Assembly (NCBI GenBank): GCA_964016885.1
Contig: OZ024752.1
Span: 42,594,001-42,658,000, forward strand
DNA from: Eledone cirrhosa
Lineage: Eukaryota
DNA length: 64,000 nt
Direction: 5' to 3'
Every line of letters starts with the position of its first letter. The first letter of the stretch is position 1. Under the pieces are notes generated by a model. The model saw nothing but the letters and a program-made list of their open reading frames with translations. It did no database searches and was not told the DNA's origin. Shown one piece after another: positions 52,295 through 64,000 of the stretch. The translations under genes were made by a program, and so were the position numbers.

Positions 52295-52928
52295 GTTATT
52301 CCGGGTTGAATCGGAGGTAACCACAGTAAGTAAGGTACTCAATACATAGCAGAGTATAAAAGTTTTAATATAGATGAGATTCTACAGGACTAGAACTGTT
52401 TCATTCTTTAGAAATCATCAGGATGAAACAGTCCTAGTCCTGTAGAATCTCATCTATATTAAAACTAGAGAGAGAGAGAGAGAGAGAAGATCCCGTTAAG
52501 GGTGAAAGCAGCGATTCTTTGCTTAAACTTTAATCTGTTTTCTTAATATATATAGGTTTCTACATAATTTCCGCCACTATAGTTTCACTCAGAAAAGCAT
52601 TGGTCAACCAGAGACTAGAGACGAAACCATGTGGTTAAGCAAGAACAAGATTATATGAATAGAAATTAGGCTAAACAACAAACTGTAGTTGTACGTGCTA
52701 CTACTATATCCAATGTTGTGTTGTTACAGGTTAAAAATAACCTGAAATTATCTCTTTCCACACAGTGAAAATTACCTAAATTTGTCAAGAGCCTACTAAC
52801 GAATCGGCGAAGTTGTTAGAACAGCGGATAGAATTCATTGCGGTATTTGTTCTGGCATTTTGCAACTCTGAGCTCAAATGCCATCGATGTCGATCAAATA
52901 TATATATATATATATATAGGAACAAGTG

Positions 52929-53106
52929 GGACCCCGACGGCTGAGCTTAAGCCGTTTCGACGGCTAATTCAGTCCAGAATTAGCCGTCGAAACGGCTTGA
53001 GCTCAGCCGTCGGGGTCCTAATCGTTCCTATTACCCACTCTACTACCCTAAGTATTGAGTACTTTGGTGCGTTATGGTTCACCTGGTTCCTTACCACATT
53101 TCCTTC

Positions 53107-53110
<4 letters not shown>
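52929..53110 (+). repeat. GC-rich hairpin element (arms about 42 bp) with ACTC..GAGTAC tail; related hairpin at 46260-46330
   Basis: GGACCCCGACGGCTGAGCT..AGCTCAGCCGTCGGGGTCC; tail duplicated at 53152-53230. Confidence 0.7.
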
Positions 53111-53144
<34 letters not shown>

Positions 53145-53228
53145 AACAAGTAACCCACTCTACTACCCTAAGTATTGAGTACTTTGGTGCGTTATGGTCC
53201 ACCTGGTTCCTTACCACATTTCCTTCGT

Positions 53229-53274
<46 letters not shown>

Positions 53275-53967
53275 TCCAGTGCTGGGGTCGATTCTTTCTC
53301 CCCTTCCTTTCTTCTCATTCTCTGGAAGAAATCGATTGTGTAGTCAATACTTTAAAACTCATAGCGAATGGTCTTCAAACTATTTTTAATTAAACATACA
53401 CTATATTGCCAAATATACTATATATATATTCATATATTAAGTTGTGCACAGAAACAATTTATTCTAATTAAATGGTGTATAGAAACAATTAATTCAAAAC
53501 AACACGTGGTTTACTCAATTATAATGTGACAATAATATTTATTTTTTGATTTAGGCACAAGGCCAACTATTTTGTGGGAAGGGGAAAATCGATTAAATTG
53601 CTTTACATGTACTTTATCAGAGCTCACCTCTGAGGGATTTGAACTCATAATAATAATAATGTTTCTGCTTTTAGCATCAGGCCAGTAATTACCCTAGTGC
53701 ATTACTGGTACTTTATTTTATCGACCCCGTAAGGATGAAAGGCAAAGTCAACCTCGGCGGCTTTTGAACTCAGAACGTAAAGGGCCGCAACTCTATGCTT
53801 GATAATAATTATGCTGCAAAGCATGGTTATGGAAACGTACAATATGTGTATGCATAATACATATACATAAGCCTCTATTTTGAATCACGCTGTGTTCGCA
53901 CTACTGCAAAAGAGAGTATTCGAATCCTATAACAAAAACCCAACATGACAAAAAAAAAAAAAAAATG

Positions 53968-54282
53968 TCAATATACTAATAAAATAGTATAAATTTGAAT
54001 ATATGGTTGTAGACAATATACTAATAAAATAGTATAAATTAGAATATATGGTTGTAGACAATATACTAATAAAATAGTATAAATTTGAATATATGGTTGT
54101 AGACAATATACTAATAAAATAGTATAAATTAGAATATATGGTTGTAGTCAATATAACTAATAAAATAGTATAAATTTGAATATATGGTTGTAGACAATAT
54201 ACTAATAAAATAGTATAAATTTGAATATATGGTTGTAGACAATATACTAATAAAATAGTATAAATTTGAATATATGGTTGTA
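53968..54282. repeat. 45-bp tandem repeat, about 7 copies
   Basis: Unit CAATATACTAATAAAATAGTATAAATTTGAATATATGGTTGTAGA. Confidence 0.92.
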
Positions 54283-54449
54283 GTTGAGTCCTTATAAAGT
54301 AAATTGCATTTCATAATGTTGGCTGTTATAAACTATAAATAGATATTGTTTACCATTTTACTGTTGAATTTCTACTATATGACGGTTTTGTCCGGTAGGA
54401 GTGGAGATTTCGACCGTATGCCACATATATATGTGTGTGTGTGTATATG

Positions 54450-54494
<45 letters not shown>

Positions 54495-54759
54495 GATATT
54501 AAACAAATGGAAACTATATTTATAAAACCATATTTATTTCGTTTCTGAATTTGTTTAGCAAGATTCTTTATCTGAAATCGTGTGTTGAAACCGATATTGT
54601 TATACTTTGGGAGGATCATGTTGCCAATAAGAAACACACGCACCAGTTGCTTTCACTTCAATTTATTATATATTTATAAATTTATAAATTTACAAATCTA
54701 CAAATTTATAAATTTCTGGTTGGTTGGTTGGTTCCACAACCAGATAGTTGTTTATATAT

Positions 54760-54804
54760 AGTCATAGTCCTTTCGTCACACACTCTGTGACCTCTTCAGT
54801 GACT
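54760..54804 (-). ncRNA. Compact hammerhead ribozyme motif
   Basis: Minus strand: AGTCA-CTGAAGA-GGTCACA GAGTG TGTGAC-GAAA-GGAC-TA-TGACT; one extra G at the base of stem II. Confidence 0.65.
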
Positions 54805-54845
54805 GGGGATTCCTTTCTTTGTTTCTGTGCCTTTCCTTTCTTCTG

Positions 54846-54909
54846 TCCTATTATACATATTTCAGGGATACCATATTAAAAATATGGCATGCCTTCCTCA
54901 GATAAAATA
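54846..54909 (-). ncRNA. Hammerhead ribozyme motif
   Basis: Minus strand: TTTTAT-CTGAGGA-AGGCATGCCATATT TTT AATATGGTATCCCT-GAAA-TATGTA-TA-ATAGGA; long stem II, stem I with G-U pairs. Confidence 0.75.
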
Positions 54910-55095
54910 CAATATATAAGCAGTTTTATAAATAATTTTGACGTACCATATTATAAGCGACCAATATATTAGGAAGCTGTCTGGATAGTTTCCATTTGTT
55001 TAATATCGTATATCTACTCCAAAAACTTGTCGAGTGCTTTATATCAGTTATAAAATATTTACTTGTTGTAACCCAACAATTTTAAATAAAACTTT

Positions 55096-55140
<45 letters not shown>

Positions 55141-55489
55141 TTCAACCTCATTTGCATATTCATCTTAATAATTTGAAATATTTGATTTCTCCTCTCTTTC
55201 CCTTTTTCCTTTTACTATCCAGGAAAAACTTGAACCGTTAAGATCTCATTCTTGGATATGTCAATATTTATAAAACAAACTTTGTATTTTATCTGATGAG
55301 AGCGTACCAAAGTTATATATATATATATATATATATATAATTGCGGTCACTTCTTAAAGCTAAAATAAAAATTTTAAAATAGCCAGTACATAATCTGCAA
55401 AATTAATACGAAAAACACCGAATCAGCATAAATTACACGTTGCTTTTGAAATTAGCGATGACTTTTCATTATATATATGGTGGCTGCCA

Positions 55490-56030
55490 ACTCGTTTTCG
55501 AGTACGGCCACTACCGATGCGTTGAACGAGTGTGACTTTTTAGTCCAGCCAGCGACTTGAAAATTCTGGTACAAAGACTACACTTGTGACAATTATTGAC
55601 ACATAGTGCTGGTACCATGTGACGACAAGTGCAGAGAGATCTCCAGATATAAAGCAATGCCTGCTCAGTGAAGCTTTTATAGTGAGCAAAGGCACTGCAC
55701 AAAGCCAGTCCCACTCTCTTAACCAAGATGATATTTACCAAAAAGAAGAAGTCAACATCATTGGATACCATCAGGGTTGCAGGTGTTAGATCAGAGTTTT
55801 CCTTCTCCTAGAATTCTGCCTTGACAAAGGCTAAGGGGTCATCTCTCCCGGTGATTCTGGATGGCCATTGACTCTTAAGAGCACCTTTGCCCTTTGACAG
55901 GTTTTGTTTTTAGTCCTGCAGGATGTCCAAAGTCACCCTCGTCACCAAGAAACCTTGGTGGTGTTGCCAGTTTAGTCGCCAACGACCATGAGACAGGTTG
56001 TACTGGGATACATGTTACCAGTAGCACCAA
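55490..56030 (-). mobile_element. Internally deleted RTE-like element (5'UTR-like part joined to a C-terminal C2H2 finger)
   Basis: CSLCTRIFKSLAGLKSHTRSTH* at the 3' end; upstream CTAGGAGAAGGAAAACTCTGA resembles RTE 5'UTRs (from memory, not searched). Confidence 0.55.
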
Positions 56031-56125
56031 CCATATTTATTTCATTATACATATTTCAAGGACACCAAGTTAAATTATGGTGTGCTTTCATCAGATAAAA
56101 TATAATATAGATCAGTTTTATATTA

Positions 56126-56190
56126 TATTTTATCTGATGAAAGCACACCATAATTTAACTTGGCGTCCTTGAAATATGTATAATGAAATA
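56126..56190 (+). ncRNA. Hammerhead ribozyme motif (inverted copy at about 56038-56102)
   Basis: TATTTTAT-CTGATGA-AAGCACACCA..TGGCGTCCTT-GAAA-TATGTA-TA-ATGAAATA, within palindrome 56036-56193. Confidence 0.75.
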
Positions 56191-56840
56191 AATAGGGTTT
56201 AATAAATATAGTTTCCATTTGTTAATATCGTATTTTTACTCCAATTATTTGTTGAGTGCTTTATATTAGTTATAAAAATATTTGCTTGTTTTATCCCAAC
56301 AATTTAAATAGAACCTCTACATATATATATATATCATCATCATCAACGTTTAACGTCCGTGTTCCACGCTTGCATGGGTTTGGACGGGGGTATTCCCACT
56401 TGAGGCAAGAGTGATTGTCTTGCTCGCATAGGACTGTCTGGCAGGTTTTCTACAGTTGGATGCCCTTCCTAACACCAACCACATTTACAGTGTGGTTATA
56501 TATATATATAATTGTTTCTACTTTTGGCACAAGGCCAGCAATTACCCAGTGCATTACCGGTACTATATATATATATAATGAAAAGTCATCGCTAATCTAA
56601 TCTTTAGTTATATATATATATATACATATAGATTAGTATGGTTCGTTGATTACTCAATGAATACAATTTTACAATAGATTAGAAGCACTCAACTGTAGTT
56701 TTCCTGGAGTTTTTAATATTATTCAAAATATTAACAAATGAAAAATATTCTCATAATCAAAATATATACTTTATTATATATATTGCAAAGGTAGTGTTGT
56801 TTTTTCAGTACGTCCTCATCAGACAAAATATATCAAATCA

Positions 56841-56910
56841 TATATTTTGTCTGATGAGGGCGTACTGAAAAAACAACACAGTACCTTTGAAATATATATA
56901 ATAAAGTATA
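56841..56910 (+). ncRNA. Hammerhead ribozyme motif (inverted copy has GAAA->GCAA)
   Basis: TATATTTTGT-CTGATGA-GGGCGTACTG..CAGTACCTTT-GAAA-TATATA-TA-ATAAAGTATA, within palindrome 56717-56958. Confidence 0.75.
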
Positions 56911-56955
56911 TATTTTGGTTATGAGAATATTTTTCATTTGTTAATATTTTGAATA

Positions 56956-56959
<4 letters not shown>

Positions 56960-57000
<41 letters not shown>

Positions 57001-57093
57001 CATATATATATATATACATACATATATAAATGGAAAAGAATGAAACGAAATTTCATTTCTCATACATACTGACATATATATATACATACTTAC

Positions 57094-57126
<33 letters not shown>

Positions 57127-57384
57127 CATACTTACATATATATATATATATATATATATACATACTTACATATATATATATATATATATATACATACTTA
57201 CATATATATATATATATACATACTTACATATATATATATATATACATACTTACATATATATATATATATACATACTTACATATATATATATATATATATA
57301 CATACTTACATATATATATATATATACATACTTACATATATATATATATATACATACTTACATATATATATATATATACATACT

Positions 57385-57420
<36 letters not shown>

Positions 57421-57452
57421 CTTACATATATATATATATATATATACATACT

Positions 57453-57488
<36 letters not shown>

Positions 57489-57520
57489 CTTACATATATA
57501 TATATATATATATACATACT

Positions 57521-57556
<36 letters not shown>

Positions 57557-57793
57557 CATATATATATACATACTTACATATATATATACATATATATACA
57601 TATATATATATATATACATATATATACATATATACATATATATACATATATATACATATACATATATACATACATATATATACATATATATATATACATA
57701 CATATATATACATATATACATATATATATACATATATACATATATATATACATATATATATATATACATATACATATACATATATATATATAC
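56960..57793. repeat. Compound (TA)n/CATACTTA microsatellite
   Basis: Low-complexity tract; source of spurious YI-rich ORFs. Confidence 0.9.
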
Positions 57794-58152
57794 ACTCAGT
57801 ACTCCTGTGGGAGCCCCTACATGGACACACTAGAAGAGGAAGACCAAGGTTAACGTATGTTGATGCCCTAAGGACAGACACTGGTCTGTTGGAGACGCAG
57901 GATATGGCAGCGATAATGAGGGACAGAGACCGCTGGAGAGAACTCGTCCATGGATCTCGGGAATTTTACCCGCCTTAGATAGATAGATATATATACATAC
58001 TTACATATATATATACATACTTACATATATTTATATACATACTTACATATATTTATATACACACTTATATATATATACATACTTATATATATATACATAC
58101 TTACATATATTTATATACACACTTATATATATATACATACTTATATATAGTA

Positions 58153-58465
58153 AAAAAAACGAAAAATCAGTGATGCATCTGGACTCAATTTATTGCGTGT
58201 TACAATTGTTTCGCCGGCAGGTAACTCGAGACATGGTCCCTGTATGGATCTGGCTGATTCTACGACTGCAGGTTCCTTCAGATCCATACAGGGACCATGT
58301 CTCGAGTTACCTGCCGGCGAAACAATTGTAACACGCAATAAATTGAGTCCAGATGCATCACTGATTTTTCGTTTCTTTATACTATCCACACTCTACTCTG
58401 TTGAATATTGAGTGCTAATTTTAGCATACCGCCTATGGAAACATTATAGCTACCATTATACACAA

Positions 58466-58466
<1 letters not shown>
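58153..58466 (+). mobile_element. Near-perfect palindrome (arms about 100 bp) with hammerhead 3' half
   Basis: GAAA-CAATTG-TA-ACACGC-AATAAA in the arms; tail ACTC..ATTGAGTGCT; flanked by (TA)n. Confidence 0.65.
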
Positions 58467-58501
<35 letters not shown>

Positions 58502-58505
<4 letters not shown>

Positions 58506-58687
58506 TTAATATAGATGAGATTCTACAGGACTAGAACTGTTTCATTCATTAGAAATCATCCTGATGATTTCTAATGAATGAAACAGTTCTAGTCCTGTAG
58601 AATCTCATCTATATTAAAACTTTTATACTCTGCTATGTATTGAGTACCTTACTTACTGTGGTTACCTCCGATTCAACCCGGAATAAC

Positions 58688-58688
<1 letters not shown>
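58502..58688 (+). mobile_element. Perfect palindrome (arms about 59 bp) with hammerhead core; opposite-strand copy at 52293-52466
   Basis: CTGATGA-TTTCTAATGAAT-GAAAC-AGTTCTA-GTC-CTGTAGAA (GUC site); tail ACTCTGCTATGTATTGAGTACC; between (TA)n tracts. Confidence 0.7.
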
Positions 58689-58753
<65 letters not shown>

Positions 58754-59779
58754 ACATTTGGATTTAAAACACGAGGTACCAAATTAGAGAATTTAAATAT
58801 TATATTGCTAAAGTTACTCTCTGTTGCTACTCTGAGTTTTGCGTGATTAGCGGGAACCCAGGAACTCAAAATAACAGCAGAGTAGTTTGTGTTTGTGTTT
58901 GGTTATTAATGGAAATGTTTGTGGAAAAAAACTGAAGTGTATGGCACGGTTGGTTGGTTGGCTGGCTGGCATGTAAATCAATGCAATAAAATCACGTTTA
59001 ATAAAGTAAACATAGTACAAAACTCCATCGACCAACATAACCGATATAATTCGACGCAAATTATCAAATTGAAAAGATATGCTTAGCCAAAGAGGTAGCC
59101 TGGAAAAGGTCACTCGACCTGCTAGGAACCCTTAATTCGCCACACTATCCCTGATTGTGTGGCGAATTAAGGATACAGGACTGATTAATTGGGCTCTAAA
59201 CGGGGGACATTAAAGTTTGTTTGCTTTTTTTGCTACTATAAATAATGTAGAAGAACCCCGATGAAATTTTCAGCTAAGGATCCCTTTACAACCACGCCTA
59301 TTTCAGTATTTAAAAGATTCAGCATATACAGTGTACAATATTGGAATTTAACGTTTCACTTTCGCTTTGAAACAATTCTAGATGTAGATTGACCCACGTC
59401 GGAGTAAAACTCTTAACCCAAGCATGGCCTTACGTGGTCATAAATACCCCTACATTACAACGGGGTGGTTACGGTTGGAGCACCTTTCATAATCAAACTG
59501 CTCAACCAGGCCTAATCTAAGACACACAAAAAAAACAAAAAAACAAGCTTATTACAAGTATTCATTATAATTGTTTCTAATTTTGCAATTAATCCAGTGC
59601 AGCAATTAATCCAGTGCATTACTGGTACTTTATTTTATCGACCCCATAATGCAAGCTGTTGCTTTATAATTATTATTAAGATATTAGTAAAGAAATTATT
59701 ATTATAAGACAATACTAATAACGGTGTTGCATTACCGAAGACTGGGTTTTGGGAAACATTTATGTAAAATTCTCGGTAA

Positions 59780-59940
59780 TATTTTAGTCATAGACCTCTT
59801 AAGATATTTAACAGCTGGCAGCTCGCCTCAATGAAGTATCAGGTGATGTTCCTAATGAGCGTGCTTGGCTATTTCAGTGCCTTGGACTCGCTATCACCTG
59901 TAGTAATGTCGTGAATACTTTGGCTTACCTTAAACTCTTT
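59780..59940 (+). mobile_element. CRE-like non-LTR retrotransposon 3' remnant (also about 5945-6030)
   Basis: Translates to LAARLNEVSGDVPNERAWLFQCLGLAITCSN, similar to the RLE-domain end consensus (..TGDPRE..FLFQRLSVAIQRGNA). Confidence 0.55.
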
Positions 59941-60289
59941 ACTAAGCAACACCAACGTTCCGGTTGCACTGTGCAATTGGATGAGCATATTGTTCTTGTA
60001 TATATATTTACTTTTTTCTATTCGTCTACTGATTTGTTTCTTCCATAAGTCATATTTAATTTATAAACTGTTTATATTTACAATAAAGATTTTAAAAAAA
60101 TGTATTTAACAGTCGTTAATACTGTTAAAATACAGAGGAGGTTAGAAAAATTAACTTTTCATCCTCCAGATTACGTAATAATCAAGGAATGTTTAGCTAA
60201 ATATTGCATATGGTGTTAACAGGTATTTGCACTTTAATTTAATTCTTGATGGTTCGACTATCTCAGAAACAAAACAGAAATAGCATAAG

Positions 60290-60832
60290 CGTGTGTGTGT
60301 GTGTGTGTGTGTGTGTGCATGCATGCATGTGTATGTGTATGCGTGCATGTGTGTGTATGTGGTTGCGTGCATGTATGTGTGTATGTATGTGTGCACGTAT
60401 GTGTGTATGCGTGCATGTATGTGTGTATGTATGTGTGCACGTATGTGTGTATGTGTGCATGTATATGTGTATGTATGCGTGCATGTATGTGTGTGTGCAT
60501 GTGTGCATTTATGTGTATGTGTGTGTGTGTGTGTGGTTGCGTGCATGTATGTGTGTATGCGTGCATGTATGTGTGTATGTATGTGTGCACGTATGTGTGT
60601 ATGTGTGCATGTATATGTGTATGTATGCGTGCATGTATGTGTGTGTGCATGTGTGCATTTATGTGTATGTGCGTGTGTGTGTGGTTGCGTGCATGTATGT
60701 GTGTATGCGTGCATGTGTGTGTGTATGTATGTGTGCACGTATGTGTGTATGTGTGCATGTATATGTGTATGTATGCGTGCATGTATGTGTGTGTGCATTT
60801 ATGTGTATGTGTGTGTGTGTGTGGGTGTGTAT
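60290..60832. repeat. Compound (GT)n/GCAT microsatellite with higher-order duplication
   Basis: Purine-pyrimidine alternating tract. Confidence 0.9.
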
Positions 60833-60992
60833 GAGAGAGGGGGGAAAATGGTTTTCGAAAGTCAACTAAGGAATTTAATACATTAAAATAGAGAAGGTAG
60901 GTACATGATTTATTTTAGATGAAACATTACTTCTACAGAACCAGCACTGTTTCATTCGGTTGAAATCATTTATGTAGTCTGTCTACTTCTTG

Positions 60993-61027
<35 letters not shown>

Positions 61028-62543
61028 CATATTCTGAATAGAAACGTAATAGATTTTTGTATTAAAATATTTTAAAATGTTAAGTTTATGTTCTAACTCC
61101 GTCAGTTACGACGATGTATTCGATCAACGGAACAACCTGTTCCAGTAATTAATGTTCAAGTAGGCTGAGCATTCCACAGATATGTGTATCCATTTACGTA
61201 GTTCTCAGGAAGATTCAGCGTGACACAGTATGTATGTATGTATGTATGTAATGTGACAAGGCTGACTCTTTAAATATACAGATACAACTCATTTTTATCA
61301 GCCGAATGGACTGAAGTAGCATTAAATAAAGCATCTTGTTCAAGGACAAACAAAATGCACCGCCATGAATCGAACTCACGGCCATGAGCCGAACACCCTA
61401 ATCACTGAGCCATGCGCCTTCACATAAAACTACGACGTAATAGGATAAGGAAACAAAACGGTAAATATTAGATGCTGGCAAACGGATACAAAAATAACTA
61501 ATTCTTTTAATATAATTGTTTCTACTTTTGGCACAAGGCCAGCAATTATCTCAGTGTATTACTGGTACTTTATTTTATCGACCCCGTAAGGATGTAAGGC
61601 AAAGTTAACATTAGCAATGTACATAGGCAAATTAGTATATTGGTATAGCTAATCAGGGTTAGTATTAATTCCTGCTTCCGGGATCGGTAAAATTAAGTAC
61701 CAGTAAAACACTGGGTGTAGATATAATAAAGCACCAACCGAATACTAAGGTCGATCTAATCAACATTCTGCTCCCTCTAAAAACAATTCCTGGCATTGTG
61801 CCTAAATTAGAAAGCATTGTTATTTATTTTGGTTGTTGTTGCTGTTGTTATTAATCAACCAACGAGGAATAGAAAAATGCGGCTGAATTCGGCATGAATT
61901 GAATTCAAAATAAAATAAAATAGAAATGTTACGCATTTTATTATTGTTATTTGAGTTCAAATCCCACCGAGGTTTACTTTGCCTTTCATCCTTACGGGGT
62001 TGATAAAATAAAATACCAGTAATGCACTGAAGTAATTACTGGCCTTGTGCCAAAAGTAGAAACATAATTTATTATTATCTCCAAGACGGGGTCGATAAAA
62101 TAAAGTACCAGTAATGTACTGGAGTAATTGCTGGCCATGTGCCAAAAGTAGAAACATAATTTATTATCATCTCCAAGAATCAGACCGAAAATTTAAAAAG
62201 GTTCACGAAAAACTAAGTGCACCATCTGTCTCAGATCTTTCTAGAAATTACCAACATTGAATTGTTTCTCAAATTCTGATGTTTATATGGGTAAATTAAT
62301 AGAAGCTAGGGTGTTCATGTACATTATAAAATGGGTTTATGGCGGCATATGAGTTCATTGTTATTGTTTTATTAAAATTAAATTAACCAAAAATGGTCGA
62401 TCCGGTATTTAGTTCATCTCTGTGTGTGTAAATACAGAGTGTCCTCCAAAAAATGTATGCACACTTCAACAGCATTCTAATAAATATTGCCTGTACATGT
62501 AATCAAAGTGTGTATACATTTTTGGGGGAGGACACTGTGTGTG

Positions 62544-62585
<42 letters not shown>

Positions 62586-64000
62586 GTCAGTGAAAACATC
62601 CACCAAGAATCTATCTTAACTACCCTTAACTAAATTGTGGAGATCAGTAAAGCTTTGTGTTTTTGTTTTGTTTTGCTTTTAGTTCCACATACGACGAACT
62701 TGCAGACAATTTCCGTCTATGAAATTCTACTCACATGGCATTAATCAATAAATGTGAGGCTATGGTAGAAAGAGGCACTTGCCTAAGGTATCAAACAGTA
62801 GGATCAAATACAGAACCATGTGGTTTGCGAAGCTAGCTTTTTAATCACAAAGCCACGCCTGCAATCATTCTAAATCATAAAATGCACGAATATTTGTCAC
62901 ACACACCTTCTCTCACTCTTCTCAATTGAAATAAAAGGCTGCCAAATTATTATTTTTTCTCTTTTCTATACTATATAATACTATATAATACGCAAGAACC
63001 AACCCGGCGAAATTTTCAACCAGGGGCCTCTTTGCAAGCTTAATCTGCCCCTACTTAATAAACATCGTACTTTCTAACAGTGACTAGTATGGTACAAGGC
63101 CAGCCATTTTTTTGTGGGAGAGAGAGTTTTAGTCGCTTACATCCGACCCCAGTATTTGACTGGTACTTCGTTTGATCGACCCCCCCATCCATCCATCCCC
63201 GGCTCGTCGGAGAAAGGATAACAGGTAAAATTGTCCCCGTCAATAAAAATTAAAAACAAAACGAGAGATAAGACTTACGTGTGGAGGAGGTAAACACAGA
63301 TGTAGAGATGTTATTACCAAACAGTGTGTCGGTCTCGAATACCAAGTTGAAATGATGTTGATTACTTTATTATTATCATTGGTTGCTAAATAAATAAGTT
63401 ATGTCAGTGTCTGAAGAGGTTCCACCTGGATATTATGATCAGGTCAGAAACACAATATTATTTATGATTAACAACATAACACTCGAATCTCGACCAAATT
63501 GACTAAGGTCAAGGACGAGTTTTTAAACAATTCTGTCGTCGTTATTTCCTTTAGCTTTCGACTTTCGTTTTGAATTTTTTTTTTTTTTTTTCCAATTAAG
63601 AAAATTTAGGGCTGAAAAATATTTAAAAAAAACAGTTCCTGGCTTCTATAGACACAATATCAAAGAATCCACGATAGTGTAAACAAGGCTTGCGGGTTTC
63701 TTGTTGTTGTTGTTCTCTGCGAGGGTCTCGGCTTGAAGCAGGGTTCCACCCACAGCTTGCTTGCTTGTTGGCTAGCTTGTTAGCTTGTTAGCTTGCTTGC
63801 TGGTTAGCTTGCTTGCTTGTTAGCTTGCTTGCTTGTTAGCTTGCTTGCTTGTCAGCCAAATTAGTAGGCGGGGACCAAAATCTTGACGTATGGCTTTTGT
63901 TATGATGAGTAAGGTCGTCTTTGATTTGTTTGGTTTGTTGTCTTTTAGAAATAGTCTCTTTTCAAAGATGAATGGATTATCTTGTTTTGAGGAAGCTTTG

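Noticed and set aside
55960-56030. HDV-like ribozyme at the 5' end of the RTE-like element
   Set aside because: A P3/L3-like hairpin (TGTA TCCCAG TACA) is present, but I could not identify P1 or P2.
58141-58411. Mirror-image ORFs on both strands
   Set aside because: A consequence of the palindrome, not coding evidence.
63411-63465. CTGAAGA..GAAAC hammerhead candidate
   Set aside because: Stem II base and stems I/III do not pair; at most a decayed copy.

Overview
AT-rich, repeat-dense animal genomic DNA, probably cephalopod/Octopus-like (inferred from the SINE families and (TA)n density, not proven). It holds two spliced minus-strand genes that I assembled by hand from GT-AG boundaries and reading-frame continuity. 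The first is the 5' part of a GH29 alpha-L-fucosidase (3 exons, 9442->2441, continuing beyond the left edge). The second is a complete eukaryotic elongation factor 2 kinase (eEF2K; 11 coding exons, 42993->33546, 2103 nt = 700 aa + stop). The rest is SINEs, RTE/CRE LINE fragments, mariner/hAT/piggyBac-type DNA elements and minisatellites, many of them seeded inside those elements. Most ORFs in the supplied track are microsatellite artefacts. The most striking unannotated signal is a set of sequence-diverse, non-coding elements sitting in (TA)n tracts. They carry minimal type-I hammerhead ribozyme motifs (CUGANGA-stem II-GAAA-palindromic stem III-UH), usually followed by AATAAA and a shared ACTC..GAGTRC tail, and are often folded back into 100-330 bp palindromes. 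They resemble non-autonomous Penelope-like/retrozyme ends. One near-perfect palindrome carrying a sense-strand ribozyme lies inside an eEF2K intron.
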